From the NCBI RefSeq assembly GCF_036321535.1, contig NC_087436.1, positions 69,070,001-69,134,000 on the forward strand: a stretch of DNA of 64,000 nucleotides, written 5' to 3'. Numbering within the stretch: position 1 is the stretch's first letter; each line of letters begins with the position of its first letter. The translations under genes were made by a program, and so were the position numbers. The notes below the pieces were generated by a model. The model made no database searches. It was not told the origin of the DNA and saw only the letters and a list, made by a program, of their open reading frames with translations. This stretch comes from Camelus dromedarius (lineage: Eukaryota). Of this stretch, positions 1-12,643 are shown piece after piece.

Positions 1-135
1 TGAGTTCCCCGCTCTCTTTGTGATGTATGTATTATCTTTAATTTATATTGAACTCGTCTCTCATGAGGTATTTCCTTCCTGCCAAGCCCACAATCCTTTG
101 CTGACCCTCAGTCATTCTCATGGATCAGGATTTAC

Positions 136-313
136 CTTCTAAAGCAGTGGGCAGCACTCACAAGCCATGTGCCATTAATTAAAGTCGCTCCACAGCGATG
201 TCTCCCATCCCATCGCAGGCTAGCCTGCCACGGCCATTCATCCTCTTGTGCCTCTGTCCCACCAACAACCATGACCCTATATTTTGCAGTTTTGTTCCTT
301 CGTGTCCCACAGC
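136..313 (-). CDS. TMPRSS11E: TMPRSS11E (DESC1)-like type II transmembrane serine protease; exon with the activation site and catalytic His (human exon 7 equivalent)
   Basis: Translates (C)[58 protein letters not shown], closely matching recalled DESC1. Acceptor ttggcag at 314-320 and donor gtaaa at 131-135; 178 nt. The gene continues beyond the window start. Confidence 0.92.
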
Positions 314-1525
314 CTGCCAAAGAGAGATGTTGCATTAGTTAGCAGTCGCTTTTAAGTATCAAATTGTGTCATTATGTCTCAAATTTCTTATACTTTGTAT
401 TCCAGTAGTATCAAACATTTTTTCCTACTCTTACCTTTCCTTAAATTGTAGTGTTTCATATTTAACTCCTATTCATTTTGTAAGAGTTAAATCAGTCATT
501 ACTTCCTCTAGAATGCCTTCTCTAATAATTCCCCTGCCTCCAAACTGGATTAGTTACAACTTTCTTGATTCTTACAGAATAATAATAAAAACAGTAAACT
601 CTTTCTTTCTATGTGTGTGTATATACATATGTACATATATCTCCGTTTATATATTTCTACTAATATATATTAGTAATATATTATATATATGCTTATGATA
701 CTAACATATTAGTACTAGAATATATACACATATATATTATATCCTTGTTGCCTAACACAGCACTGGCACATAGCAGGTTTCCAATAAATAATGGTGGCAA
801 AAATATATGCTGTTTAGGTAATGAGATCATCCTTTGGTTTTATGTTTAGTTAGGTTTGTGAACTAACCAACTTTCTGAGCTGGTGAGTAGCACATTTCCT
901 TCCAACTTTCAAGATAAATGTATTGTGTGCTAATTCTGTTGACTATGAAATGCATTCTCTAAATCAGAGTAGGGTACTATGCTATAGGGGAAGGGAAACA
1001 CTAGGCCTAGAGTCAGCACTTTTAAAATATGGGTGAAGGTATTATCTGGACCTTCAACAATTTCATCAGTATATACCCCAATCTCATAATTGTCTGCAAT
1101 TTTTATAATATGGGATTAATATTATCAAGATTTTATTTAGTGTACAGTAACACTGCTTCTGTCTCTACCTGAAAAAATATCAACATACAGACCACTTTTA
1201 TATAATCTTTAGAAAACTTTCATGAGGGTATATTGTAGATATCTGCAATCAAAACAGTGAGAATTTTTTTGCCTTTTCTTGAAAAACTGCACAACTCACT
1301 TCCACTACACATCTGCCACTGGCTCCACACATCTGTTCCAAAGCCCTCCCAATTTTTATCCTTTTGCAATAAAATGTGCCTCAAATATAAGATAAAACAC
1401 CATAGATGTGTACAGATCAAACTTTATTCTGACCCTATAATACCAACAAAGTAAGCCTAAATAATCTAGAGTTAACTTTTTACATTCAGGTAATGCATCT
1501 TTAATAAATAATGTATTAAACTTAC

Positions 1526-1564
1526 AATTGCTCAGAAAGTCGTCTGTTTCTGTCTTGTTGATTT
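1526..1564 (-). CDS. TMPRSS11E: TMPRSS11E 39-nt linker exon (human exon 6 equivalent)
   Basis: tttcag|AA ATC AAC AAG ACA GAA ACA GAC GAC TTT CTG AGC AAT T|gtaag gives (K)INKTETDDFLSN(C), versus human KINKTETDSYLNHC. Phases join both neighbouring exons correctly. Confidence 0.92.
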
Positions 1565-2096
1565 CTGAAACACAGAAATGGTGAATAGAACAGGGTCAGC
1601 GTATCAGAATTACATAATGCCTCTGAATACTTCAACAACTAAAGGTTGCTCAATTCCATTATAAGATAATAGCTCTAGATTGTTTAAAAAACAAACAAAC
1701 AAGGAACATAGGTAGTTTATCATAGACTTAGTATGTTCACTGCCTTGAGGAAAAGGGAGGTTTGAACAGTGTTTCCTAAACTCAAGTGTGACTGAAAGTC
1801 ACCTAGAGAGTGTTGTTGCTGTAAATGCCTGCTCCTTCCCGGTAATTCCAACTCGGCAGCTCTGTGCTGTGAGGCAGGAACCTGAGTGTTACAGCAGGTG
1901 CAGATGTTCCACAGCCTCTCTGCGGGCAGTGCCGCGCTATAGTGCTGATCCCCCAAATACAGTGATATTTTTATTGACCATTATTTCAGATTTTGTTTTT
2001 TACTAAACTCATAGACATAGTTCCATTTGTATAACATATCTGAGTGGTGTGCCCCTAAATTAGTCCTCACTCCCATGTTATTAAAAACAGTGTTAT

Positions 2097-2388
2097 GGAG
2101 GGCAGCGATAAATTAGAAATTTGGGATTAAAAGATAACACACTATTATATATAAAACAGATGAACAAGGACCTACTGTTTAGCATAGGGGACTATATTCA
2201 ATATCTTGTAATAGCCTATAATGAAAAATAATCTGAGAAAGAATAGATGTAGATAAACGTATAACTGAATGACTTTGCTATTTAACTGAAGTGTAAATCA
2301 ACTATGCTTTGATTTAAAAAATAAAAATAAATAAATAGATATATATACAAAAAGAAAACAAAGAAAGGAGAAAAAAAATTTAAAAATT
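2097..2388 (+). mobile_element. 5'-truncated L1 3' end with A-rich tail
   Basis: L1 3'UTR text (ggacctactgtttagcataggggactatattcaatatcttg). TSD aaaacagtgttat at 2084-2096 and aaaacaatgttat at 2389-2401. Confidence 0.85.
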
Positions 2389-2907
2389 AAAACAATGTTA
2401 TCCTTTTACAGGTCTTCTTTCTGCTCAAGTTTTAGCAAGACAATTTGCCCTCAAATTGACATTCAGTTTGCCCTGAAATTGACTAGCCAATGACTCCTTA
2501 GATTGTTGATTTCTCAACAGTTAGGCCCTAATCCTATCCAGATACTAAACCAACAGTTACATCAAACTCTAAGCACTCAAATTTCATGGTTCAGTAGATT
2601 TCCAATGACCAAACCTATTTCCTTTGAACGTGGCAAGATGGGAGTTCTAACTGCAAAAAAATAATGTTAATTTTTCTTATAATATTTAATAGTACTGATT
2701 TACAAAAAAATAAAATCTGTATTCTAGAGAGGCTTCCTTCTGACTTTCTCCATTATGGCTATATTTGAGGAAAATGACAAAAATAAGGAAGAAGTGACCA
2801 TTTATTCTCAGTAAATATTTTAAAACACCACCACTAATCTCCTTTTTCAATAATGTGTTCTCTATCTCAAGCTTTCCCTAGAGAAAATTCTGGCTTTTCA
2901 TGTTGCT

Positions 2908-3317
2908 ACTGGTAAAAAAAAAAAAAAAAAGTAATAAATGACCCCAAGTAGAGTCACTTGTTCTAAGCCCCACATCAGCAATTAAGACTTAATATCTAGC
3001 CTAATTGTGGTTTCCATCTATCCCAAGAATGTAACTGCTAATCAGTCAATCTGGCATCACCTGGTCAGCACTAGTGAAGTAATCTGCCTGACAGATTTGC
3101 AAATCTGCTTGCAAAAGAAGGTGCCCTTGCCTGAAACAATCTACTCTGCTAGAAAGCCTCCTTGCCCAACCTCATTCTGTCTATAAATGTCTTCCATTTT
3201 GTACAGCAACTCAGCTCCTATCTATCTGCTAAGGTGTGGTGCTGTCTGATTCATGACTCATTAAATAAAGCCAATTAGATCTTTAAATTTATTCAGTTGA
3301 ATTTTGGCATTTTACAA
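2908..3317 (+). mobile_element. ERV1 LTR, MER34-like
   Basis: 3' end aataaagccaattagatctttaaatttattcagttgaatttt...aca matches the recalled MER34A terminus. 5' boundary approximate. Confidence 0.65.
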
Positions 3318-3326
3318 TACTACTGA

Positions 3327-4261
3327 CAGGACTGACTTCACGGATGTGTGACTTGTGTGTCTGCACTGGGTCCTGCACTCATTATGAACTTACACTGGGT
3401 TTAATGCTCACTGTCTTGAAATTCTTAATAATTGTTATCTCATAACTTGTGCTTGGAAATGAAGTCTGATAGGATAATAGAGCATGGCATGAGCAGAGGA
3501 ATACACAATGTGTCCATGGGTTCTTGCCACCCCATTTGCTTATACCATTCACAATACCCTGTGAACTAAGAATTCCAGTGGACCCACAATGTTCAGCAAA
3601 CTCAAAGTGAGTACAAAATGAGTATGTGATGCCTACCACTAAGGAAGTAGAGGACACTGGCAGTTTTTGTTTGAAACAGAGCTTGCTTTGAATGCCAAAG
3701 AAGGCATTGGCATTCTCATTAACACAAATGGCCAAGGGACCCTAGCACATTCTTTCTTGCTCCTGTTACTTCTTTGCATTAGCCAGTAGCTTCTGCTGAA
3801 AATAATGACATAGAGGGATCTTTTGGTCCTTTGTCATATAAACAGAAGGTAGAGAGCATTGGCAAAATGTGCCAGTATCAACGAAAAGTTTTTTAAAAAG
3901 CGTGATCTAGACTTGTGTAGTGTTTCCATTGATCTGGTAACCAAAATACATGTATGTATGAGCTGTGAAATACAGCTGTATATTTTTATTATTCCAAATA
4001 AAAGTTAAACACTTTTATATTTACATTTGAAATTGATATATCACAATATAAAGGTGAACAGCGAAACTCATGCTAGTAATTTTAATTTTTTTCACTTAGA
4101 ATAGCATTCATTAACAAATAAAAATACCATCACAAGTCGAAAAAGACTGAAAGAAGAAAATGTTTTATATTTTAGTACCTTTAACAGCACATTTTTATTG
4201 CTTTTCAGAGTCCAACACTTTAATTTTGCACTGGGATCCACAAATTATGTAGATAGCCCTG
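3327..4261 (+). mobile_element. hAT-Tip100 DNA transposon, MER45B/C-like
   Basis: Termini caggactgacttca...tgtagatagccctg. 8-bp TSD actactga (3319-3326) / actaatga (4262-4269). Confidence 0.8.
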
Positions 4262-4384
4262 ACTAATGAGCCTCTTTTTCTAAGTAAGTAGAGGGGCTGA
4301 CCACCAGGTTAGGCCTCTAGTTTGGTTTACCAGCTTTTATACTACTACTTTGTATTCATTCTACTTGACCCCTATCCTGTAGTT

Positions 4385-4690
4385 TCTAGTGCTGACATTT
4401 CAAATATTGTATTCCCTAGCCACATGTGCCCAGTGAGCTCTTGAAATGTGGCTAAATTGGAATGTGCTATAAATATAAAATATACACTTGATTTCAAAGC
4501 CTTAGTACAAAAAATACTCACGAATAGTATTTACATGGACTACTTGTTGGAATAGTACTAATTTGGATATATTGGGTTAAATGTGTAAGGTATTTAAATG
4601 TATTTCACATGTTTATTTTTACTTTTTTTAATGTGACTACTAGAAAATTTAAGATCGCACATGTAGCTGGCATAGTATTTCTACAGACTA
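4385..4690. mobile_element. hAT-Charlie MER33/MER3-like element
   Basis: ctagccacatgtg...cttgaaatgtggcta and actagaaaatttaa motifs. Confidence 0.65.
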
Positions 4691-5320
4691 GCTTGTTTTT
4701 ATTTCCACTAAGGATCGCCTATGTTCCTTACTTTCTAATAATGAAGACCTAACACTGCTTATTTTGTCCCCCTGCCCTGACAAAAAAAACAAGTACCCCA
4801 ACCACACAAAATTATCAGACTTTACAAGTTAGTTGTAAAACATACCAAAAATAAGTTATATCAAAAAATTAATTATAAACTTTTCATTGGTAACCTGGAA
4901 GCAGGTAACAAGGTATATTAATGACATTTGAAAGCAAATATGTGGCTGGCATGAGCCTTTCTACACATCATACTCACAGGACATAAAATGTAAGCAACAA
5001 GAAAAAGAAGGATAAATATACAAAGAAGCTTTCTCCCATTTATCACTGGATTCTATAGCTAAAGTGAAAAACCCAATGTAGACAAAGAACCCAGGCTCAG
5101 GAGTTACTGATAGACTTGCATGGGTGGCATAAGTTTAGGGTGGTATTAAAAATTTTTAAACTTCCTTTGGACCAACTTAGTCACAAAGAAATGTTCTGCT
5201 GGTGGCAAGACCCCATAATAAAAGACATCCAAAACACAATTTTTTAAAATCAATGCCCAAACTTATCCTGGAGCTATTGTATGTAAGAGAATTGAACTAA
5301 ATAAGAGGAAATAAACTTAC

Positions 5321-5429
5321 TTTTAAGTACAAATAACTCAAGATTTAAGTTAGGGGATCCTACAGCATCTTGCAGCTTTTCATGTAGAACACGCTGAATA
5401 ATTATATTTGTGGTTTCAGGATCCTCAGT
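5321..5429 (-). CDS. TMPRSS11E: TMPRSS11E SEA-domain exon (human exon 5 equivalent); 5' part lost in the assembly gap
   Basis: [36 protein letters not shown] versus human [36 protein letters not shown]. Phase-1 donor gtaagt starts at 5320. Confidence 0.9.
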
Positions 5430-5629
5430 NNNNNNNNNNNNNNNNNNNNNNNNNNNNNNNNNNNNNNNNNNNNNNNNNNNNNNNNNNNNNNNNNNNNNNN
5501 NNNNNNNNNNNNNNNNNNNNNNNNNNNNNNNNNNNNNNNNNNNNNNNNNNNNNNNNNNNNNNNNNNNNNNNNNNNNNNNNNNNNNNNNNNNNNNNNNNNN
5601 NNNNNNNNNNNNNNNNNNNNNNNNNNNNN
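5430..5629. other. Assembly gap (200 N)
   Basis: Run of exactly 200 N between an exon and an L1 fragment. Confidence 0.99.
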
Positions 5630-7148
5630 AGTCTTTCACTTCCTTGGTCAGATTTATCCCTAGGTATTTTATTTTTTGGATGTGATTTTAAAAGGGATTG
5701 TTTCTTTACTTTCCTTTTCTGATATTTCATTGTTAATGTAAAGAAATGCCACTGATTTCTGTATGTTAATCTTGTATCCTGCTACCTTGCCAAATTCTTT
5801 TATCAGCTCTAGTTGTTTTTGTGTGTAGCCTTTAGGGTTTTCTATATATAGTATTACATCATCTGCATATAGTGATAATTTTACCTCTTCTCTTTAAATT
5901 TGGATCTCATTATCTCTTTTTCTTATCTATTTGCTATGACTAGGACTTCCAACAGTATATTGAATAGAAAGCAGTGGTGAGAGTGAGCATCCTTGTCTCA
6001 TTCCAGATTTTAGTGTGAAGGCTTTCAACTTTTCACCGTCGAGTATTATGTTGGCTGCAGGTTTGTCATAAATAGCATTTATTATGTTGAGATGTGTTCC
6101 CTTTATATCTACTTTAATTAGAGTTTTTATCATAAATGGGTGTTGAATTTTATCAAATGCTTTTTCTGCATCTGTTAAGATGATCATGTGATTTTTGTCC
6201 TTTCTCTTGTTGATGTGGTGTATCACATTGATTGATTTGCCTATGTTGAACCATCTTGGTGTCCCTGGGATGAACCCAACTTGATCATGGTGTATAACCT
6301 TTTTTATGTGTTATTGGATTCTGTTTGCTAATATTTTGTTGAGGATTTTTGCCCTATGTTCATCAACAATATTGGCGCATAGTTTTCTTTTTTGGTAGTG
6401 TCTTTGTCTGGCTTTGGTATCAGGGTGATTGTGGCTTCACAGAATGAGTTTGGGAGTATCCCCTCCTCTTCAGTCTTTTGAAGGAGTTTGAGAAGGACTA
6501 GTATGAACTCTTCTTTGTATGTTTGATAGAATTTCCCAGTGAAGCCATCTGGTCCTGGACTTTTGTTTGCAGGGAGGTTTTTCATTGCTGATTCTATTTC
6601 ACTTCTAGTGATTGGTCTGTTCAAATGATCTGTTTCTTTTTGATTCAGCCTTGGTGGACTGTATGTTTCTAGCAACTTGACCATTTCTTCTAGGTTGTCC
6701 AATTTATTGCCCTATAGTTGTTCATAGTATTTTCTTATGATTTTTTGTATTTCTGTGGTGTTGGCTGTAATTTCTCCATTTTCATTTCTTATTTTGTTTA
6801 TTTGTGTCCTCTCTCTTTTCTTCTTGGTGAGTCTGACCAGAGGTTTGTCAATTTTATTTATTCTTTCAAAAAAGCCAGCTCTTGGTTTGATTGATTTTTT
6901 ATATTGTCTTTTTAAATCTTTATTTTATTTCCTCCCTAATCTTTATTATTTCTTTCCTTATGCTGACTTTAGGTTTTGTTTGTTCTTCTTTTTCTAATTC
7001 TTTTAAGTGGTATGTTATATTGTTTATTTGATATTGTTCTTACTTTTTGAGGAAAGTCTGTATCGTTATGAACTTCCCTCTTAGGTCTGCTTTTGCTGCA
7101 TCCCACAGAGTTTGTGTGGTTGTGTTTTCATTGTCATTTGTCTCAAAG
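5630..7148 (-). mobile_element. L1 ORF2 fragment (EN-RT linker and RT N-terminus), disrupted
   Basis: ORF pieces [43 protein letters not shown] and [12 protein letters not shown]. Its 3' part runs into the gap. Confidence 0.95.
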
Positions 7149-7914
7149 AATATTGTATTACTAGAATGACTAGGATTATCTAAAGAGATTAAACAATAAT
7201 TCCTCTTTTAATTGTATCATTCCTATCCATTATTAAGGACTCATAGTATGGGTTGAGAAAATGTGAAAAAGAGCAGCAGTTCATATGTGAATATAGTCAC
7301 TTTAATAAATAGTCATATCAAACTGTATCATGATCAAAAGAACATGAATGAACCATAAATATTGCAAATATAAGTGTTCTAATAAATTTGACTGCATCTG
7401 TGTCACTACCCTAGTTACTTGCCTTAATTTAAGGTGAGTGTTGTCAAAATCTCAAATATTCATATCATTTTGGATTCCATGCACAGACAGGTAAATTCAT
7501 GTCCTATTATACTCCTCTGCTCTTGTATAACAGTCTTGCCGAATTGGCAAGTGTCTTAATCCAGATTATTTTATGAATAGAAAATGGAAATAAAAATTAC
7601 TGGCATAAAATAGAACCACAGTGGATATTCAATACAATTTACTCTTCTGTTGCCTAGCAAATATCCAAAGACATACTTATAGCTCCAAAAATGTCTCCAC
7701 CAAGTAATTCATGTGCCACCAAAAACACCCACCTCTTGCCCAAGAGGAAACCACAGAAAATCATGTCTTTCAAACCTTCCCTCAGACAATGTTCCAAGCT
7801 CAGTGTTCTTCAAGTCCAAGCTTTCTGTGCAATCTCCTTTAGTACAGTTGAATCAGACATTAGTATGAAGTTTCAATATACCAGTGTGGGTTAGACAATG
7901 AGTTTCTGTCTTCT

Positions 7915-8370
7915 ATCAGTCAGGGTCCCCAAAAGAAATAAATGGCACAACTAAATAGGCTATTATCAAGGAAGAGTTGTTTATAAAAGGACTATTTCCT
8001 AAGGTGTGGATGTGGGGGAATAACAGGATATAATGCAGGAACCCAGAGTTTTGTAGCAGCTGAGCTGTTGCCCCTAGGCCAGAAGTTACCAAAAGAGGGA
8101 CAGAGACAGATAGAGTGATTTGGCTTGAAATGAACAGTGACATTCAGTTGAGGAACACAGAAGGCAACCTTGTAGGGAGGGAACCAGGAGATAAGTCCTC
8201 TCCCCCTGTCTCTGATCTACTGCCAAGCCTCCCCATTGGCTGAAACTAACTGGAAGTCAAAAGGGATAAGGATCTATTAATGTTGACTATACATGTATGT
8301 CTCCGAGGACAGAGAATAGGGTAGAGAAGGGTGAAGGATGGACAGTGGAGTCAGAGGGGCAAATAAAGGC
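7915..8370. mobile_element. Old MaLR/ERVL LTR remnant
   Basis: tatcagtcagggtc start and ccattggctgaaactaactggaag motif. Subfamily uncertain. Confidence 0.45.
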
Positions 8371-9689
8371 ACACCAAAGGTAGAGTAGCTATAATAAAAT
8401 ATGTCATGTAGAAAGAAGAAAAGGGAAAAAATGCTCTCTTGTTAGGAGCATGTGCTATAAAATGTCATTGACTTGCTTTCCTGAAAGTTGAGGAAATATT
8501 CTTGATGAACCAATATGCACCTTGAAACTCCCTTGTTTATCACTGTTTATCCAATGCCTGACTTAATAGTTACAACAAATGAGGCATTTGGTGCTATTAT
8601 TCTTGGAGATGAGTCAAATTCCTAATTTTTTTTTTTTTTTTTGCATCTGGTCTTGTTCTCATGCGGTACACTTACCCACCTCTTGCTAAGATGATCATTC
8701 TGAAATACCAATCTCACCATGTCATGCTCTTGCTAAAATTCCTTCAATTACTGTTCACCATTTTCAGAATAAATTTTGAACTTATTAGTATAATATCTAA
8801 TGCCCTTCCCCCACCTACCTCTTCAGCCACATCACTGGTCACGGCATACTTTGTATCCTGAGCTATCTTCTCTTTAATCAACATATCTTTATAAATGCTC
8901 TACTTTTGATTAAGAAGACCTGTTCTCCCTTTCTTAGTCTGGCTGAAGTACTCATCCATCAGCACTTAATTCATCTTTCACTTTCTCTAGGTAGCTGTTC
9001 TCCTTCGGTCTAGATTACTTGTCCTTCCTAGTCTGTACTTCCGTTTGCTATTGTATCTATTATAATGTATAAGCATTTTTACTAGGTTTTATTGATTTTT
9101 ATTATTAGAAGTGACTTTGAGCCATTGTGAAAATTTCAGAAAAATATAGAATAGAAGTTTGAAGAGAATAAAGTTAATGTTAACCAATCTGATACTATCC
9201 CAGGATACTCACGTTGTGCCCACAAGTGAACACATTTTGTTACATATCCTCCTCCCTGTGTGTGTGTTTGTGCCCCTTCTTATTCTCCACAATGCGGGCA
9301 GTGATCTTTTTTAAACTATAGATTATTCAAGCCTTTCCTCTCAACTCTTTTAAAATTGGCTTTAGGGAAAGGTTTTATACCCTTACTATAACCTGTGAAG
9401 CCAGGAAAGATCTGATCCCTACTTACCTTTCCATACTTACTATATGCCCCTCTCCCCGTCACTTCTTCCCCATGCCACCTTGGAGTTTTCACCTCTTTGT
9501 GCATACCATGCTCTTTCTACCTTAGAATTTTGTTCTTCTGTTCTTTCTGCTGTGAACACTTTCACTCCAGCTCTTCATGGAAGTAACTTTATTTATCATT
9601 CAAATCTCAGTTTAAACATTACATTTTCAGAGAAGTGATTTTCTCATCTAGTTTAGCTCTGGAAAAGGTGTTATAACATTTTTAAAATC

Positions 9690-9811
9690 TTTTTTGAGGG
9701 GGGTGGGTTATTCGATTCATCATTATTATTTTTAAATGGAGGTGCTGTAGGTTGAAACTAGGACCCTCCTGCATGCTAAGCACGTGCTCTACCACTGAGC
9801 TATACCCACCC
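9690..9811 (-). mobile_element. tRNA-Ala(AGC)-derived SINE (camelid vic-1-like)
   Basis: Reverse strand gggtatagctcagtggtagagcacgtgcttagcatgc...acctcca followed by an A-rich tail. Confidence 0.85.
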
Positions 9812-10149
9812 ACCCTGCTTCATAGCATGCATATTGTTTGGAATCCCATGTTCAGTACCAGCTTCCCCACCACCAAATCTGTAAACTCTGTGTGTACGTC
9901 TGCCTCTTACTCACCTCCATATTCCCAGTACCTATCACGTACTTGAATTATTTCAGGTGCTCAGCATTGCTTACTGGAAAAATAATAGGATGTGTAACAA
10001 AAATATATTTATGTGTATTTTGTATTTGGCAATATATTATGGATATCTTTTCATATCAGTAAGTCTAGGTCTAGTGTCAATTTTGGTGGTTCATTGTATG
10101 GATTTATCACTCACCTCATTGTTATTTTCTCTTTCCCTGTATATTTTCC

Positions 10150-10480
10150 TGACTAGACTATGATCTTCCTTAACCCAGGGACTAGACTTCTTTCTCTGTG
10201 TTCCAGTGCCTAGCACATAGTAGGAGTCCGATAAATATTATTGAATAAATGAATGAGAAAAGTTTACAAGCACAGCAATAATGGCTACCATTTACTGAGA
10301 ACTTTCTGTGTGCTGAGCACTATTCTAAATTCTTTATGTGTATTAGCTCATTGGACCCTCACAACAAGGCTATTAGCCCAATTTTACAGATAAAGAAACA
10401 GAGGCCTAGAGAAGATAATGTACCCCGAGTCTCCCCATTAGTAAACAGTGGAGCTGGATTAGGACACAATCAGTCTAGTT
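10150..10480. mobile_element. L2 3' end followed by a MIR
   Basis: cagtgcctagcacatagtagg...ataaatattattgaataaatgaatg (L2); attttacagataaagaaacagaggc (MIR core). Confidence 0.75.
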
Positions 10481-12555
10481 ACAGACCTGAGTCCATAAAA
10501 AGAATCAAAAAGCGATTGCTGGATTGGACAAAGGGGACTTCAGCAGTGACTTTCAAGATAGAAGATCTGTGAGGGAGAAGTTGTTTAGGGGGTATGCTGA
10601 GGACAAAAGTAGGAAGTTTGAACAATGTATCCAAAAACCAAAACTTCTCTATCAGGTATGAGGATAGGGAATAAGTAGAAATGAAAGGAATGGACCTGGG
10701 CAGCATTCCTGAGAACCATGCAGAGACAGAGTAAGAGGTCTAAGTATAAGAGAAGCATAGTTGAACTTGGATTTGCATGTAAGAAATAGGTGTAAGTCCC
10801 ACCAAACAGGACTTCCCGTGAATGTCCATGGGGCCATAATGACAGTGAGTGGTCCTGTCCATAAACTGGTCTGAGAGTTGAGAAAGAACCTTCCCTTAGG
10901 ATAGTTACCACAACATTCAAAGCACAAGATCTACAAATCCTGAAGAATTTTTTTCTGGGAACTCCCTATGTCTGTTCTCCATTATTCCATATTGTTTGTC
11001 AGTTCTTGACATCATACGTAAAAAAGCTCATTTTTCTTACCAGCAGTAGTCATTTTATCTAATATATGATGTACTTAATCAAATGATTGAAGTTTTCATT
11101 GTCATTACTTTGAGAGATTAAAGGATGAGACTGTAACAAGGTACTTCCTTGGATGTAGAGTAATACTGAGGATAGGTACAACACAAACACTGTTTATTTT
11201 TTTTAAATAGAGGCCTCTTCCAGTCAAACACAGGTTCAGTAAATAAAAACTCAGAATACATGCACATACAGGGTCTATTTCTGATTTTCTTTTGATATTT
11301 AAGAACTGAAGGGAACTTAGAAATAAAATTGCACAAATGTAGGAGATCAACAGAGCTGAACACGGTAAACTCTCCGTGCTGAATACCTATAGTGAAAAAG
11401 ACATGTTTTAATGATAGATCTATTTTATTCATAACTTTAAACATGATATTTTTTAAAACAAGAAAAACTTTGCCCTGTGGAACTGTTATTTTGACTGAAG
11501 AAAATGATTCCTTCCCCTGAACCCTAATATTTAGGCATTAGGAAAAATTAAAAGAAAGAGTATTATCAAGCTGTAAATAAATAACTTAAAATCAAAATGA
11601 ATGTGTCACCTGTCTTTGTTCTATAGTCATGACTAATAAGGTTAAAAGTCAATAGTTTCAATACTATCAACCATAACCTCTAGGTTTGCCTTCACTGCTT
11701 CTCCATCAAACTAGAATTAAATCTACCTGTAATAAATGTATATACTAATGTTAAGTGTATAATATGTATACATATGTTTGTGGGAGAATAGACAGAGCTG
11801 GGGGATAAGAACTGAGGTAAGTTTATAAGGAATAAATATGGAATACAAAGGGACAATCTAATTAGTTTTTTTTTTTAAAGTTTGTTTTTTCAGGTAATTC
11901 CATGGGTAATTATTTGACTATATTATTAAGTACAAAACACATGTTAATAAAAAAGAAGAGTGGAGGGCAGACTTCCAGTTTCAAAATGGTAAACATTTGG
12001 TGTAATCTCCTTTCTTACACTAAAGTCACAGAAATTAAGGAAAAGATGTTTAAAAAACAAATAAAATAGCCGTAATCAAACAAAAAAGAATGACAGAAAT
12101 AGTAATTGACCTTTGAAAAATACAGAGACAAGAGAAAGGTCAAGTCCAGAATTCTCTTGGGAAAGTTCTAACCTAGCGAGGTGAGACCAGCAACACAAAT
12201 GCTCCATGCGTCGAGATGAGGAAATCCAGTAGAAGAAGCTAGACCCAGATGTAACCAGCAGGATGATTAGCTGGAGTACCACAAAGGGAGGAGCCAGGCA
12301 TTCAACCCTAGCACTCCTCTCTACCCACCTCCTGCAAGACAAATAGTATCTACCTCCCTGCAGGAAAGGTGAATATAAGCACTTACTGCAGGGAACTAGG
12401 GCAGTGTGCCAGAGGGCTGGTGTCATGAGGGGGAGTAAGGAGAACTCTCAGCCCAGAAGACTATCATCAAGTCTTCCTGGTTGTAACCATCAGGTGTAAC
12501 ATCCTTCAGCAGATTTAGCGAAAATATAGAAGAAATATTTCAGAAGGTAGTCAGT

Positions 12556-12643
12556 GGAGAGTGGGGTATAACTCAGTGGTAGAGCGCATGCTTAGCATGC
12601 ATGACATCCTGGGTTCAATCCCCAGTACTTTCATTTAAAAAAA
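12556..12643 (+). mobile_element. tRNA-Ala-derived SINE (vic-1-like)
   Basis: ggggtataactcagtggtagagcgcatgcttagcatgc...gggttcaatccccagtac with an A tail. Confidence 0.85.

Noticed and set aside
314..335. N-terminal MQHLSLAG of the 132..335 ORF as a protein start
   Set aside because: It is intronic sequence upstream of the cag acceptor; the real exon begins at 313.
5408..5730. ORFs spanning the N run
   Set aside because: Artefacts of translating through the assembly gap.
5927..6702. RT-like ORFs as a host gene or active retroelement
   Set aside because: Fragmented L1 ORF2 with frameshifts and stops.
10985..11005. catattgtttgtcagtt resembling TMPRSS11E exon 3 (TDKLY)
   Set aside because: Similarity does not extend to the flanks and there is no matching exon structure.
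12561..12635. Genuine tRNA-Ala gene (also 16880, 34985 and other copies)
   Set aside because: Stem-disrupting substitutions, A-rich tails and TSDs indicate SINE copies.
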